Assembly: GCA_000708835.1 (NCBI GenBank) | Contig: DF237419.1 | Span: 1-64,000, forward strand | DNA: 64,000 bases | DNA from: Klebsormidium nitens | Taxonomy: Eukaryota > Plantae > Klebsormidiophyceae | Direction: 5' to 3' | Part shown: one piece after another, positions 1 through 11,310 of the stretch | Layout of the letters: the number at the start of each line of letters is the position of its first letter | How positions within the stretch are numbered: the first letter of the stretch is position 1 | The notes under the pieces: generated by a model | What the model was told of the DNA's origin: nothing | Seen by the model: the letters and a program-made list of their open reading frames with translations, nothing else | Database searches by the model: none | Program-made: the position numbers and the translations under genes

Positions 1-507
1 AGTTCACCCAGACGGCCTAAAATTCTCTTTACAACTAATGTGTTGCAGCCGGAGGTTTCAAAGCACCTGTTATGGGCTTCGCTCCGCTCGTTGGATCACC
101 ACAATAAAAAGTCTTGGAGGGATTCTGAATTTAGGTTGGATGCCATCTGAAGAAACCTTTGGCGTCATTGCTGCTAGTAATTGGATGGTGGTGGAAAGTC
201 TGCAGACCTTTTAAGAAAGTTTCAGGAACTGAGACGAGAGCTCTGAGCCCAAGCGTGCACCACCGCTTGTTGCTTCCTTCCCACAAGCTTATGCATCCTC
301 TCTGTCACCCCTGCCAACAAGTCATGAGGAACATGTTCTTCTTCTGACCATCAAATTGAGGAGTCAGCATTGCTCCAACTCTGTGGCTGGGGGGAAGTAG
401 AAATCATAATTCAGCCCTCCGAACAAAAGGCCCCTGTACAGAGGGGGTCCAGAAAGCAGAAGACAACGTGAAAAGCAGACGAGAAAGGAAAGCCGTCTGG
501 CAGAGTG

Positions 508-3500
508 ATGGCTCCTGCGCCTACGGTCCTTGGTTTGCCTGGTGCATGGGCTGAAGATCCTCTTGAGGCCTCCTCGCACTACACCACTAAGGTTGGGGGT
601 GTGCCGGTGAGCGCCTTTGACCTGGTTCCATACTCAACCCTCAGTCCAAGAGTTGGGGCCTGTTTGATGCAGAACATGGTTCTTGCAAAGTGCTTTGATT
701 CTTCTCTGTTTCACATTAAAGCTAACACCATTGTGGTGGTGGGGGAAGACATGTGGACAATCTTGTTGTGACTGACAAGGTGCTCTTGTATGCTTTCCCA
801 TCGCAATCTGGAGCTGGGAAGGCTAGAGCACAGCGCAAAGCTTAGGCGAAACGGGAGCTTTTCCAAAACAAGCCTAGACTTATGACACTTTCAGAGAGAA
901 ATGATTCTTGTAATGATTCTTCCCCCAAGCTTGGACAACCTCATCATGGAAAAACGAGTGCAGAGGCCGTTCTATAACAGCAAAAGTGAACCAGCTCACG
1001 TGTTTCGTTTGGTGCAGTGCTGGCCTTCAGGGGTGGAAGCAATTCTTTCAGATGAGCGCCTGGCGTGCAGAGCATGCGGAAGGAGACTGGGGCTCGTCGT
1101 TCAGGTTGGCGAGGAATCACAATGCTTATTAGAGTTAGACTTGATCAATCTCAGGGTGTGGCTCTTGAGAAGATTCGTTGTAATGATCTACCTTGGACGG
1201 GACTCTTTGGATATGACAATGAAAGAAAGAGAGCATTCGAACTGTCTGTAGAAAGCCGTTTGTCAGAGAGTGCGCTGTTCTTGAAGGACGCAATCATTGC
1301 AACCAACGATCCTTTCGCTCAGGCTCTTGCTGAATCTACAAAGCTCGTCTTTGCTCTGTCTCTCTCTCGCTCTCGCTCATTCTCCCATTATCAAGCCACC
1401 CATCATCAAGCCAAATGTTGTCTGACAAATGTGTTCAAAGCTAGTCCCCAGAAGTTTCACCGTGCGCATATGATTCAGCTGTTGGCTCACATAGCGTACT
1501 CTGGTCGAGTTCGGCGCTTTCTTACAAACCATCACAAACTGTTCAAGTCCTTTGAACGCAGGCGTATGCACCACTTTTCCTGAAAGGCAGGGACATTGCC
1601 GAGCGGACACTGTACGTCTTTGGCTGCCTGTCGTCCAACTGCGGGTATGACCCGCTAAGGTGCGCTCACTTCGAAAACTGGCCTGCACAGTCCTTATCTT
1701 GCTCAGGAGCCGGCCAGTGGCAGCTAGCCCCTCTTTAGGGCTCTTATTGACCATTGAAAGTTTCACTTGAGCTTATAAGGCGACTTGCTCGGAGAAGCCG
1801 TCTTTCAAGTGCTTAGATAGATAACAGGAGACATATCTTTTCTTTTTACTTAGTGTCGCCGCTTCTACTCCTTGCCTTCGGGCAGGCACACGCGGCCTGC
1901 AAACAGGAATGCATCGCATCACGACTGAAAGGCCTTTAATCGTCCACGATCATCCTTCCATGGTAAAACCGGTTTCATCCTCTCCAGGTGTCTAGTCCAT
2001 ATTTTCTGGTGGTATCCAAGATTGCAGCTCACACAACTAGCTACGGTTGAAAGTTGTTTGCGGGATAATCTCTCTCATGAAAAGCGATGCCTTTGATCCT
2101 TTTCCTGGCCTCAAGAGCTCAGCACCGGCGTCTCTCGCAACTGTTCGGCTGCTGTCATCTCATTTCTCAAACTAATCAGGTCTTTACCTTCACTCTGCAG
2201 TTGGCGTGTCTTCCGGGTTCAGGGAGAGGATTCTGGTATCAAGTCCGCGGAGCCTGCCGAAGCGTCAAGCGCGGTTGACACCGTCAACTCCGCTGGTTCG
2301 ACAGCGGCCGTCGGTTCGGACAGCTGGTGGCAGGACGACTCGTGGGGCGCAGCGCCAAGCGAACGGGCCGACGCTCGGGCAGGAAACAACGAAATGGAGG
2401 CGGAGAGTAGATCTGAGACGCTCGTCGCGTCTACCGAGGGTCCTGACGCCAGCAGACTGACGTCAGCAGAAAGTGATCCGCTTAGACTGGGAGACAGCAA
2501 AGCGTCAGGTTCAAGCGGGGCGAAGGACCAAGAAACCGTCCAGGATGGTCGGAAAGGAGAAACGGACGTCCGAGCAGGGAGTTCGGACATCCGGTCGGAG
2601 GACGCCCCCACGGCAGACGACTGGGGTGATTCTGACAATTCCTGGGGCGGTGGGGCCGCCAGCGAATGGAATGCGGACGGCACCGCGCTGGACATGAGCG
2701 CGCTGTCCGAAGCGATCGCCGAGGCTGCGGACGGCGCCAGCAAGCGGACGGAGAAGCCCCGGGGCGATGACGTCAGCGGAACGAGGGTGACGTCAGCGAG
2801 TTTGGCGGCGCACGGGGGGGACGAGCGGGCGAGGAGCGGTGCCGGGGCGTCCGTTCTGCCGTGCTTCTACATCGTGGCTGGAGAGGAGGCGCCGGAAAAG
2901 AGGCGGAAAGAGGCAGAGGTGGGCGTCTCGATTTATACGTTTTTCAGAGTGCGGTTGGCATGCTGACGTTGTACGACAATGGCTGCATTCGAGGCGAAAC
3001 CACACTTTTTGCAGGAAAGGGACTGGACACGTCGAGGTTCGTGATACCAAGCATTAAATCTGTTACTTTCAGTAAAATCATTCCTATTGCGTCTGGATGG
3101 ACTTCGGGTATTGGCGTTCCATCGATGACGTGAGAAGACGTCCTCTCGAGGTCTTCAAGCGGTCGTTTACGTAGAACCCGCCACAGAAAAGCTTTTTTGG
3201 GGGTTTTGAAAGGTCCAGAAAAGCACAAAACCTGTGCCAATCGTCGCTTGCAACTGCAGTCCGCGACTGCCACGGTTGGCAGCCCGGACCTGAGCAGCGA
3301 ATCAAACGTATCATCTGCGATTTGCTCTTCTTAAGATGACGTCGGCTGACGTCAGCGGAAACACTCCCTTACCTAGGTGTCCCGGTTGGTGACCGAGAGC
3401 CCCGGGGAGGAGTCCTGGGAGGGCGAGGGCTACGAGTACGACAGCGCGCGCTCCGCCGACCGGACGTTCCTGCGGTTCCGGAAGCGGGTCGAGCGGGCGC

Positions 3501-5079
3501 CGGAACAGTGCATCAGGTGAGGACTTTGGCGGCTTGAGCTGCGTCTGGGTTTGGTTTTGGGGTTGGGGTTGGGTTTGGTTTGGGTTTGGGTTTGGGTTTG
3601 GGTTTGGGTTTGGGTTTGGGTTTGGGTTTGGGTTTGGGTTTGGGTTTGGGTCTGGGTCTGCATTTGGGTTCGACTTTTGAGTCTTGAGTTTCAGTTCGGT
3701 TTGGGTGTTGGGATTGGGGTTGGGGTTTCGATTGGGCTTCGCTTTCGGGTTCACTTCTGACCTCGGGGGGTCGTGGATTCCGGATTCGTGCTTGAATCTG
3801 GGCTGTGGGTTTCGGATTCGTGCTTGGATTTGGGCGCATATTCCGGGCCTCTGGTTGACCATTCTGTGCTAGTCCGCGGCTTCCACAAGCGGGTGGAGAC
3901 GCTCCGGAATACTGCATCACCTGAGACTTTCCCGAGCGGCTGTCCTTGAGTATCTCTTTACTTATCACTACTCAAGACTTCGTTATTGGGTTATGTGAGC
4001 CTCCGACTTTCCACCCGTTTATGTCTTTCGTAACTCAATGCGCGGGTCTGAGTTCGGCGAACAGATTCGTGAGAAACGGACGAAGTCTGTAACATTGCTT
4101 TCAAATAATTGTCACCCAGGTCCTCCGGAAACTGAAACCGTGCCCCAAGTCAGCGTTTACGGGGCACATTCTTCTCAAAATTGCCAAACCGTCCGTTGTC
4201 ATGTGCCCAATCGTTGCGGAACCCTGAAAATGTTTCGCTCTTTCATAAAGCTATGCGGCACTGCGTCATGTTTAGTCACTAGTTCCGGCACTCACTCAGC
4301 TCAGATGTAACCACCCCTCACTCCATCTTCCGTTTCAGATACGGCTTCCAATCGCAACCGCTGCTCGCTCGCGCCCTCTCCGCGCCCCCCCCTCCCTGCC
4401 CTGCTTGCGGAGCCCCCCGGACGTTTGAGATGCAGCTGATGCCCCCGCTGCCTTATTTTCTGGCCGAAGCCTCGGAGGAGGCCGCGGGACAGGTGGCGGG
4501 CTGGGAGTGGCTGACGCTGCTAGTGTACACGTGTTCCGAGGTGAGCCGTTAGAGGTTGTAAGAGCATTGATGGTTGAGCTCTGTGACATCTTCCAAGTGT
4601 GTGATTGTTGAGAGTCGTGTCACTCTCCTCGTGAGAAAGAAATGTTAATTGATTGGTCATAAAAGCCGGCTTTCTTAGGCCAATTGTGCAGAAAAAGTTG
4701 TCAGTTCTAGTATCAAGGGCTGATTTCCATTTGATCAGAATGAATGCGGTTTTTAACTTGCAATCGCCATGATGAAATCTCTTGCATGCACCTCAGACTC
4801 GTTGTTGGTGATTTTAAGAAGATCTCCTTTGACATAAATGCGTAAGCAATCGCCAAATACTCCACGATTTGACAGGAAGCGTTAGCGGTGGCAGCAAGTG
4901 CCGAGGCCAGGATATCAACCGAGCGATGGCCTAGCTTTTAACGGACAATTACGACTGCTTCCTTGCAGGCTTGTACGAAGCCCGAGAAAAGCGGCGGCCA
5001 CGTGGCGGTCCAAGAAGAGTTCCACGTGTACCAGCACGAGCTTGACAGCGTGCGGGGTCAGCCGCAGGTTGTCAAGTAG
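508..5079 (+). CDS. PDCD2-like (programmed cell death protein 2-like, PDCD2_C domain) multi-exon gene
   Basis: Exon 508-606 [12 protein letters not shown]...TKVGGVP ends at GTGAG. Exon 1018-1104 CWP...[13 protein letters not shown]. Exon near 1590-1658 [16 protein letters not shown]. Exon from ~2201 (S)WRVFRVQ with an acidic, Trp-containing linker to ~2920. Exon ~3377-3516 [10 protein letters not shown]...[17 protein letters not shown]. Exon ~4339-4540 YGFQSQPL...[18 protein letters not shown]...[13 protein letters not shown]. Last exon 4969-5079 ...[10 protein letters not shown]...TAG. These motifs match the PDCD2/PDCD2L family; the 5' boundary of exon 3 is uncertain. Confidence 0.88.
3546..3760 (+). 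repeat. (GGGTTT)n G-rich microsatellite in a PDCD2-like intron
   Basis: 11 perfect GGGTTT units at 3582-3647, then GGGTCT x2, flanked by degenerate GGGTT/GGGGTT units. It generates the spurious PNPN/QTQT/KPKP/WVWV ORFs in the ORF track. Confidence 0.97.
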
Positions 5080-6091
5080 TCGACTCTTACAATCCTGCGG
5101 AGTACCTCTCTGTTGTAACATCCGCATGTACAGATTCACTTGCCCCGCCCTTCGAAGGCCCAACCTCTTTTGGCTGGATCAAGGTGTGAAAACCCCCCAC
5201 GCGCAAATTTGTCTTTATGCTCGTCGCCTGCGGTATGCTACCTGTTTCTTGGCTTGTGTTGGAATCACGTACTTGGCCACGGGATGAGAAGCATATTGCT
5301 GCCGCGTGATAGCGCTCTTAATTGAAGACCTTCAATCGTCGTATCGGCAGCGCGGGCCGTCCGTCCGACGGTCTTGATGCAGCTCCGGTGGCTCATCTAA
5401 CCGTGTCTCAAATTCTCTTCAGTGTTCATCCTACTGCATGCCGGCGTGATAGCTATGACAATTGCATGTCAGGGCCAAGTTCACAGCCGCCGGCAAGCCT
5501 GCCATGCATGCACTTTGCCAATGTTCTCGACTGAATCTTGAACGAATTCGTGCGGGGACCTAGGATCATGATTTTATTATGCCTCCAAGACTTCCATGCC
5601 ATGACTTAAGACTGCAAAGACGTGCATCCACGAATGCACGTGCTCTATTTCTCATGATGCACCGTCGTTCTCCATGGCTTTTCCAAAGGACAAGAGCCCC
5701 AAACGGAGCTCGTGACTACATGAAGCGGCGTCGATTTAACTGAGGCGGTTGCCACAACGTGGTACGAGTAGCTCGCTTTTATGGCCTGAAGTGCCCACAA
5801 TTTGTGGTCACACATTCGAAGCGCCAGAGAATTATACGATCCACCAATCAAGCACTTCAATGAAGTGCATCCGAATTTCCGGCCATACATCGCAATTACA
5901 AGTCATATCGATGAGACAGACGCCGGGAAAGAACAGTTTGCGTTACTTGCAATAAAGCAACCGGATCGACGTCTTGCTGAGAGTAGCTACGCAGGCTCGC
6001 AACGCGACAAGCAACAGCTTGTTTTGGCGGATTTCACCCTAGTCCATTCAAAATGAGTCGGCCGTCACAATCCGTCTACAGTTTATACGAC

Positions 6092-7507
6092 TCATTGCGT
6101 CTGAACTTGCTTGAACTCCCTCAGCATGGACGCCGCTGGTATTACAGCGTCGCTTTTTTTCCCGCTCGTCATCGGTATTTGAAGGACCCTCGACAACCAC
6201 AGCGGGCCTTTTTCATGCCCTTCGAAGGCCCCGCAATAGCGCACGTGTTGCCCGGTCCGCTGCCACACCCCCCCGGAAAGCTCCAAGACGAGCGGCTCGC
6301 CTTGAACGTCGTGCAGCTGGCAGAAGTGTCAGTCTTCCAGAGACCGGATTATTGCAGGGATCTCGTCCGCTTGCAGCTTGAGATCAGGGACCGATTGCCC
6401 AACCAGGCGGACCCCTTGGTTTGTCGAAGGGGCGACGTCTTCCAGGCATGGTGCCAGCCTGAACGTGCTGATGGTGACCACTTCTCCGGCGCCCTTTCGG
6501 GGGCGACCCTTGGTGTCAAACCCAGGTCTCCACCCCAGAAGGCTCACGTGGTTGACACTGCCTGTTACTATAGCCATCGAACCCGCATGAGAACGAACGA
6601 GAGGCGTGGGGGCCCCGTTTGAAGACACAGGTGTGAAATACCTCCACCGCTGCTCCTCCGTTTTGAGAGAGCGTATCGCCAGATGTGGTCGGACCCAGAT
6701 GTATAGGCACTCGTCGCTTATGGCCGTGCAAAACCTGTTACCGTCGCGGTCCATTGTCGCTGAAGCGGAAATGCGTTTCGGCACGCGGAGCTTTCGCCAC
6801 GTGTCCGTCAGGGTGTCATAGAGGTTGCCCTGCGCGCCTGCCCGTTCATCAGAGTCATCAACCCCGAAGAGTCATCAACCCCGAAGCCAATCATCCAAAG
6901 CGGCAAATGCATTACAAAGATGTACCAATCAGACGCAACGACTGTGAAAGTCGTCTGATCCGTGTGCTCTTGGCATTGAACGAAGCACTCTATCTCAGGT
7001 GACAGAGGCGCTGTTCTTTGTCAAGGAGCAGCGCGCACCGCTCGCGCCAGCCCTCCGCCGTGCCAGATTGAATGAACGTAGTCGCATTTTGGTTACGTCT
7101 TTCCAGCCTTCAGGGCACTTTGGCTCGCTCAGGACGTATGGCGTATTCTTCACGACCACCAAGCTCTCCGGAATTTCCTTCCAGTCCTCCGCATCTTCCA
7201 GACCGCCCCCGCTTCCATAAGCACCCGCCATAAGCGGGTGCAGGTGAAGCTCTCCTCCAGTGTCATCAAGGATTGCCAAGCCAGGGTATGCCTTTTCTTC
7301 GTTACTGATTAACCTGCAAGCAAACTTGGTCAAACCCGCTTTGTGAAAGCGTCCCGGGTTCCCTAAGAGCCCTTCCTCTACCGCCTCCTTCCAAGCCTTA
7401 GAAACGCGCCTCAGCCGTCCAAGCTCCTCAAAGTCCAGCTCAAAGGCTGAGATGAAGCCGCATATGTACAGGTTGACGTCTGGGGGAAGCCGCTCAAACA
7501 AGGACAT
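6092..7507 (-). pseudogene. F-box/kelch-like pseudogene, paralog of the 8970-10310 gene
   Basis: MSLFERLPPDVNLYICGF...EELGRLRRVSKAWKEAVEEG aligns with the 446-aa ORF. It is disrupted by two 1-bp deletions (~7060, ~7012), a 17-bp tandem duplication (6852-6885, GAGTCATCAACCCCGAA x2 on +) and an in-frame TGA at 6329-6331 (SLED*HFC vs SLEDIYYC). Homology continues to GPLW..L.IP. Confidence 0.88.
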
Positions 7508-7804
7508 GATACCCAAATGTGGTGCGGGTATCCTGAAAGTCAGGATATGGGGCTTCAGGGGTACTTTTGATCAGCGAAAAGCTGGAAGTACATTCTTTTG
7601 TTCAGGGAAGCTTAAATTTTCGATTGTCCTAAGCTCCCAGGAAGAGGCCAAATATAGCAGCGGCGTTGGCGCAGCGGGCTAGACCATGTCGTACTTTTAA
7701 TCGGTTTTTCAAGATTGCCTAAGTGCCAACAACCAGTAGCTTCACAATTGCCACACGGTCTCCCAACTGCTTCTGGCCCCAAAAACACAAAGACTGAGTT
7801 CCCA

Positions 7805-8220
7805 GCTTAACAAGATGCTTCAAAGGCAGCCGCTCGTTCCGGCGCCCTATCTACCCGCTTGTAAGGATTCCAATCAGCTAAAAACGCTTCACCGGAGGCC
7901 CCAAGTCTGAACCCGGAACAACCCACAACTCGAACCCGTAACCTTGAACATGAAACCAAACCCGAACCCGAAACTGGACCCGAACCCAAACGCAAACCTG
8001 AACGGCCGGGACCCAAACCCACCTCAAACCCACCCCAAACCCACTGAGCCCCAAACCCCCTTCGCCCACTCCACCCGCCTGAAGTTGAGAACTTGCGTCT
8101 GTTCCCCGCGCGCTGTCGTACTGGAAGCCCTCGCCCTTCCAAGAGTCCTGTTCCGGGCTCTTTCCACCACCCGGAATACCTAGAGGACGGGGCGTTCCCG
8201 CTGACGTCAGCTGACGTAAG
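7805..8220 (-). pseudogene. Inverted, degenerate duplicate of a PDCD2-like exon plus flanking introns (source ~3339-3960)
   Basis: The reverse complement reads GCTGACGTCAGCGGGAAC...CTAGGTATTCCGGGTGGTGGAAAGAGCCC...TGGAAGGGCGAGGGCTTCCAGTACGACAGCGCGCG, matching 3345-3450. A degenerate GGGTTT tract and ACAAGCGGGT..GA..CGCCGGAA...GAGCGGCTG follow, matching 3885-3945. Confidence 0.85.
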
Positions 8221-8969
8221 CAATATTCACAGTTGCCAGAACACTGTGACTATCATGCGCCTGCTCGACTTATAGCTGTCAACTCTAGCAGATTGAAAAC
8301 TCGATTGCAGTTCTTACACAGCCAATGGGCGCTCGAGATGAACCCTTGTGAGTAGCTGTGCGTGGCAACCTGGTGTGTCATAAGTCTGTAGTATTTTTTG
8401 CATGAGAAGAGGACATACATCCCGACCATGCTCATGGGTGATTTGTCAAATGCAAATCGAGACGAACGTCGGACCGTTAGCATGCAGTATCTGAAAGTGT
8501 CGATGACACATTAATACACGTGCCAGCTACTTTTAACTTACTCGTTGTTGGTGCTCTGCCCTCCGCCATGATAAAAGACAACAATAGCGAGGACTCAAAT
8601 GCACGAAGACGCCAACATCAGGGTTGAAAGAGGCGCACTAAAATCGGAAGAATGAGCTTGGTTTTCCGTCGTCATGTATTGCGTTCGCCAGAGTCCTGTT
8701 CAAACAACGTCAATGAGGTGCGCCAGTATATATACCGGTTCACCCTTACGTTCAAATATACAAAGAGCAGCCGAACCTACATCTCGCAGGCAAGAAGCAC
8801 AATGAAGCAAGAGATCCGTGATTGCAATGGATGTTTATCTTGGCGGACCTTAGTCATTATCCATCCGAACATGAATCTTCACTTAATCTATTCGTCCTGC
8901 AACTTACAACTATTCCGTCTAAATTTGCAACTCCCTCAAAATGGACGCAGTTGACTCTACGGTGTCGCT

Positions 8970-10310
8970 CTATTTCCTGTTCGGCGCTGGTATCTTAAGG
9001 AGGTTGGACCACCACAGCGGGCCTTTCTGATGCCCTTTGAACCCCCCAGAATAGCGCACGTCTTTCCCAGTCCGCTGCCACACCCCCCTGGAAAGTTCCA
9101 AGACGAGCGGCTCGCCGTGAACGTAGTGCAGTCTACAGTAATAGATGTCTTCCAACGACCGTATCGCGGCAGGGAGCTCATTTGCCAGCTCGAAGGGGAT
9201 TGGTTCGTCGCGAACAGGAACCCCATAAAATGTCGTCGGAAGGACCCCTGCCAGGCTTGGTGCGAACCTAAACGTACCGACGATTATAGCGACATACCTG
9301 TCGTCATGCTCAGGTCTCCACCCAAGAATGCTCACCTCGTTAACACTATCTGCTGCGGTAGCCATCGATACGGTACTGAACTGAACACCGAAAGCCTTGG
9401 TGTCCCCATCTGCAGACGTGAGCCTGAATTGCTTCCACCGCTGCTTTTTTGTCGTGTCACTTTTCAAAGAGTAGACCAGCAGATTTGTTATGGACTTGAT
9501 ATAAAGGCACTCGTGGCTTATGGCCATGCAAACAGTATTCCCATACCAGCAGCCGTTGATCTTCATTGAAAACTCAATATGTTTTGGCAGGCGCATCTTA
9601 CGCCACGTGTCGGTCTGGGTGTCGTAGAGGTTGCCCTGCGCATCAGCGTGTTGGGGGGATTTCGTCCCAAAGCCGTTGTTGTAGAAGTTATAGAGGGGCT
9701 TATGATATACGAAGATGTACCGCTCAGAAGCAACCACTGTGAGAGTCGTCTGATTCGTGTGCTCCTTCCCTTGAACGAAGCACTCTGCGTGGGGAGAGAG
9801 AGGCTCTGATTGCTCGTCAAATAGCAGAGCACTCCGCTCACGCCAGCCTCCGGCTGTTGCCAAGTTGTACGCACGCAACCGTAGTTTGGCCACCGTCAAC
9901 CAGTTCACGTCTGTAACGCACTTTGACTCGCTGAGCACGTAGAGCGTGTCCTTCACGACCACCATGCTCTCAGGAATATCCTTCCAGTTCTCCGCATCTT
10001 CCGGACCGCCCCCGCTCCCATAGGCACCCCCCGTAAGCGGGTGCAGGTGAAGCTCTTCTCCGGCCTCATCAAGAATCGCCAAGCCAGGGTAAGATTTTTG
10101 TTGGTCACTGATCAGTCTGCATGCAAATCTGGTCAACCCGGCCTTGTGAAAGCGCCCTGGACTCCCTAGAAGACCTTCCTCCACGGCTGCTTTCCAAGCT
10201 TTGGAAACGCGCCTCAGCCGTTCAAGCTCCTCAAAGTCGAGCTCAAAGGTTGACATGAAGCCGCATATGTACAAATTGACGTCTGCAGGAAGCTGCTCAA
10301 ACAAGGCCAT
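8970..10310 (-). CDS. Intronless F-box protein with kelch-like C-terminal repeats (446 aa)
   Basis: Uninterrupted ORF. N-terminal F-box LFEQLPADVNLYICGF...LERLRRVSKAWKAAV. Kelch-like turn motifs AYNLATAGGWRE and GNLYDTQTDTWRKM. Confidence 0.8.
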   Translation of the reverse strand: MALFEQLPADVNLYICGFMSTFELDFEELERLRRVSKAWKAAVEEGLLGSPGRFHKAGLTRFACRLISDQQKSYPGLAILDEAGEELHLHPLTGGAYGSGGGPEDAENWKDIPESMVVVKDTLYVLSESKCVTDVNWLTVAKLRLRAYNLATAGGWRERSALLFDEQSEPLSPHAECFVQGKEHTNQTTLTVVASERYIFVYHKPLYNFYNNGFGTKSPQHADAQGNLYDTQTDTWRKMRLPKHIEFSMKINGCWYGNTVCMAISHECLYIKSITNLLVYSLKSDTTKKQRWKQFRLTSADGDTKAFGVQFSTVSMATAADSVNEVSILGWRPEHDDRYVAIIVGTFRFAPSLAGVLPTTFYGVPVRDEPIPFELANELPAAIRSLEDIYYCRLHYVHGEPLVLELSRGVWQRTGKDVRYSGGFKGHQKGPLWWSNLLKIPAPNRK

Positions 10311-11310
10311 AGCATCGCAATAGGCAGCGCTGTGGTCCTAATAGTAGTGGCGCGTTAGAACAGTTGGGACTTTAGGAGTTCGTTCGAAGGAAGGCAAAAC
10401 TCTGTTTGCTTTGTTCAACTTGGTCTCCCAGAAAAAATGCACCAGCAACCTTCAGATAGAAAGACTCGTTGAAGATGATACGTACATGCAGGCGGCAGCT
10501 CTAGGCCCGCGCGGGTGGCGTGCGGCCGCGTCTCGCTTGAAGGGTTTAGGCTGAGGGGCGTCCGATCCGGTCCGGTCCGGGTCCGATCAGGGCGGCTGCT
10601 CCAGTGCTCCTTATAAATTTCATCGGACGGTTCAAAGATGGTCTTTCCGCAACGGCAGCTTGATTGCCAGAGTCCGCCAGCAATGCTCTTATCAGTTGGC
10701 ATCGAGTCCGCCTTTGTCAGTAAGAATATCTCTTTGAAGGAATGTAGGTTAAAGAGGGCGTTGGCGGATGCATCCGCAGTGACGTCAAGAGCGACATACA
10801 GGCAAGAGTATCAGGTCGATTGTCGCCAAGAAATGACATCAGCCGGTGACCACGTGGTACCATCTAAGCGACCAAGTACCAGCATTCCCACTCTTAATGT
10901 CGCTGCGATTTTGTCGTATCGCCACGCCCTCTTTAAGTCGGCTGTAGCAGCAGCTACACCATACCTGATAACAGGGGCTGGGTTCTCAGACCCAAAAGGG
11001 CCTCAGAGTCTGCATTATAAGACTCTTACGTTCGGTAACGTCAAAAGGACGTCAAAGGCGTACCTGTGGCGACTCTTGAGGGCAGCAGGCCCTCAGGGGG
11101 ATCTGTGCAGTAAGTGAGGCTCCATATGCAGCTCCACGAACCACAGTCGCTTGGCATGCTTTGCAAAACGAGTCCAGCTCTTAGTATCAAAGTCCGGTGC
11201 TCCTGTGTAGAAGCTTTGCAGCTGCCGCTGTCAATCGTGGCACAAAGAAGAACATCATAGTCAGCCGTTGCTATATCCAAACCTATCTTTTCAGCCCCCG
11301 CTCAGGCGCC

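Noticed and set aside
2219-2743. 174-aa minus-strand ORF
   Set aside because: Antisense to the GC-rich PDCD2-like exon.
3582-3647. True telomere or chromosome-fusion scar
   Set aside because: The array is short, intronic and lacks the A of TTTAGGG/TTTTAGGG-type plant and algal telomere repeats; kept only as a microsatellite.
3311-3968. ORFs with PNPN, QTQT, KPKP and WVWV repeats
   Set aside because: Translations of the intronic GGGTTT microsatellite, not proteins.
9030-9569. 179-aa plus-strand ORF, and the similar 6053-6622 ORF
   Set aside because: Antisense to the F-box paralogs; their mutual similarity only reflects the duplication.
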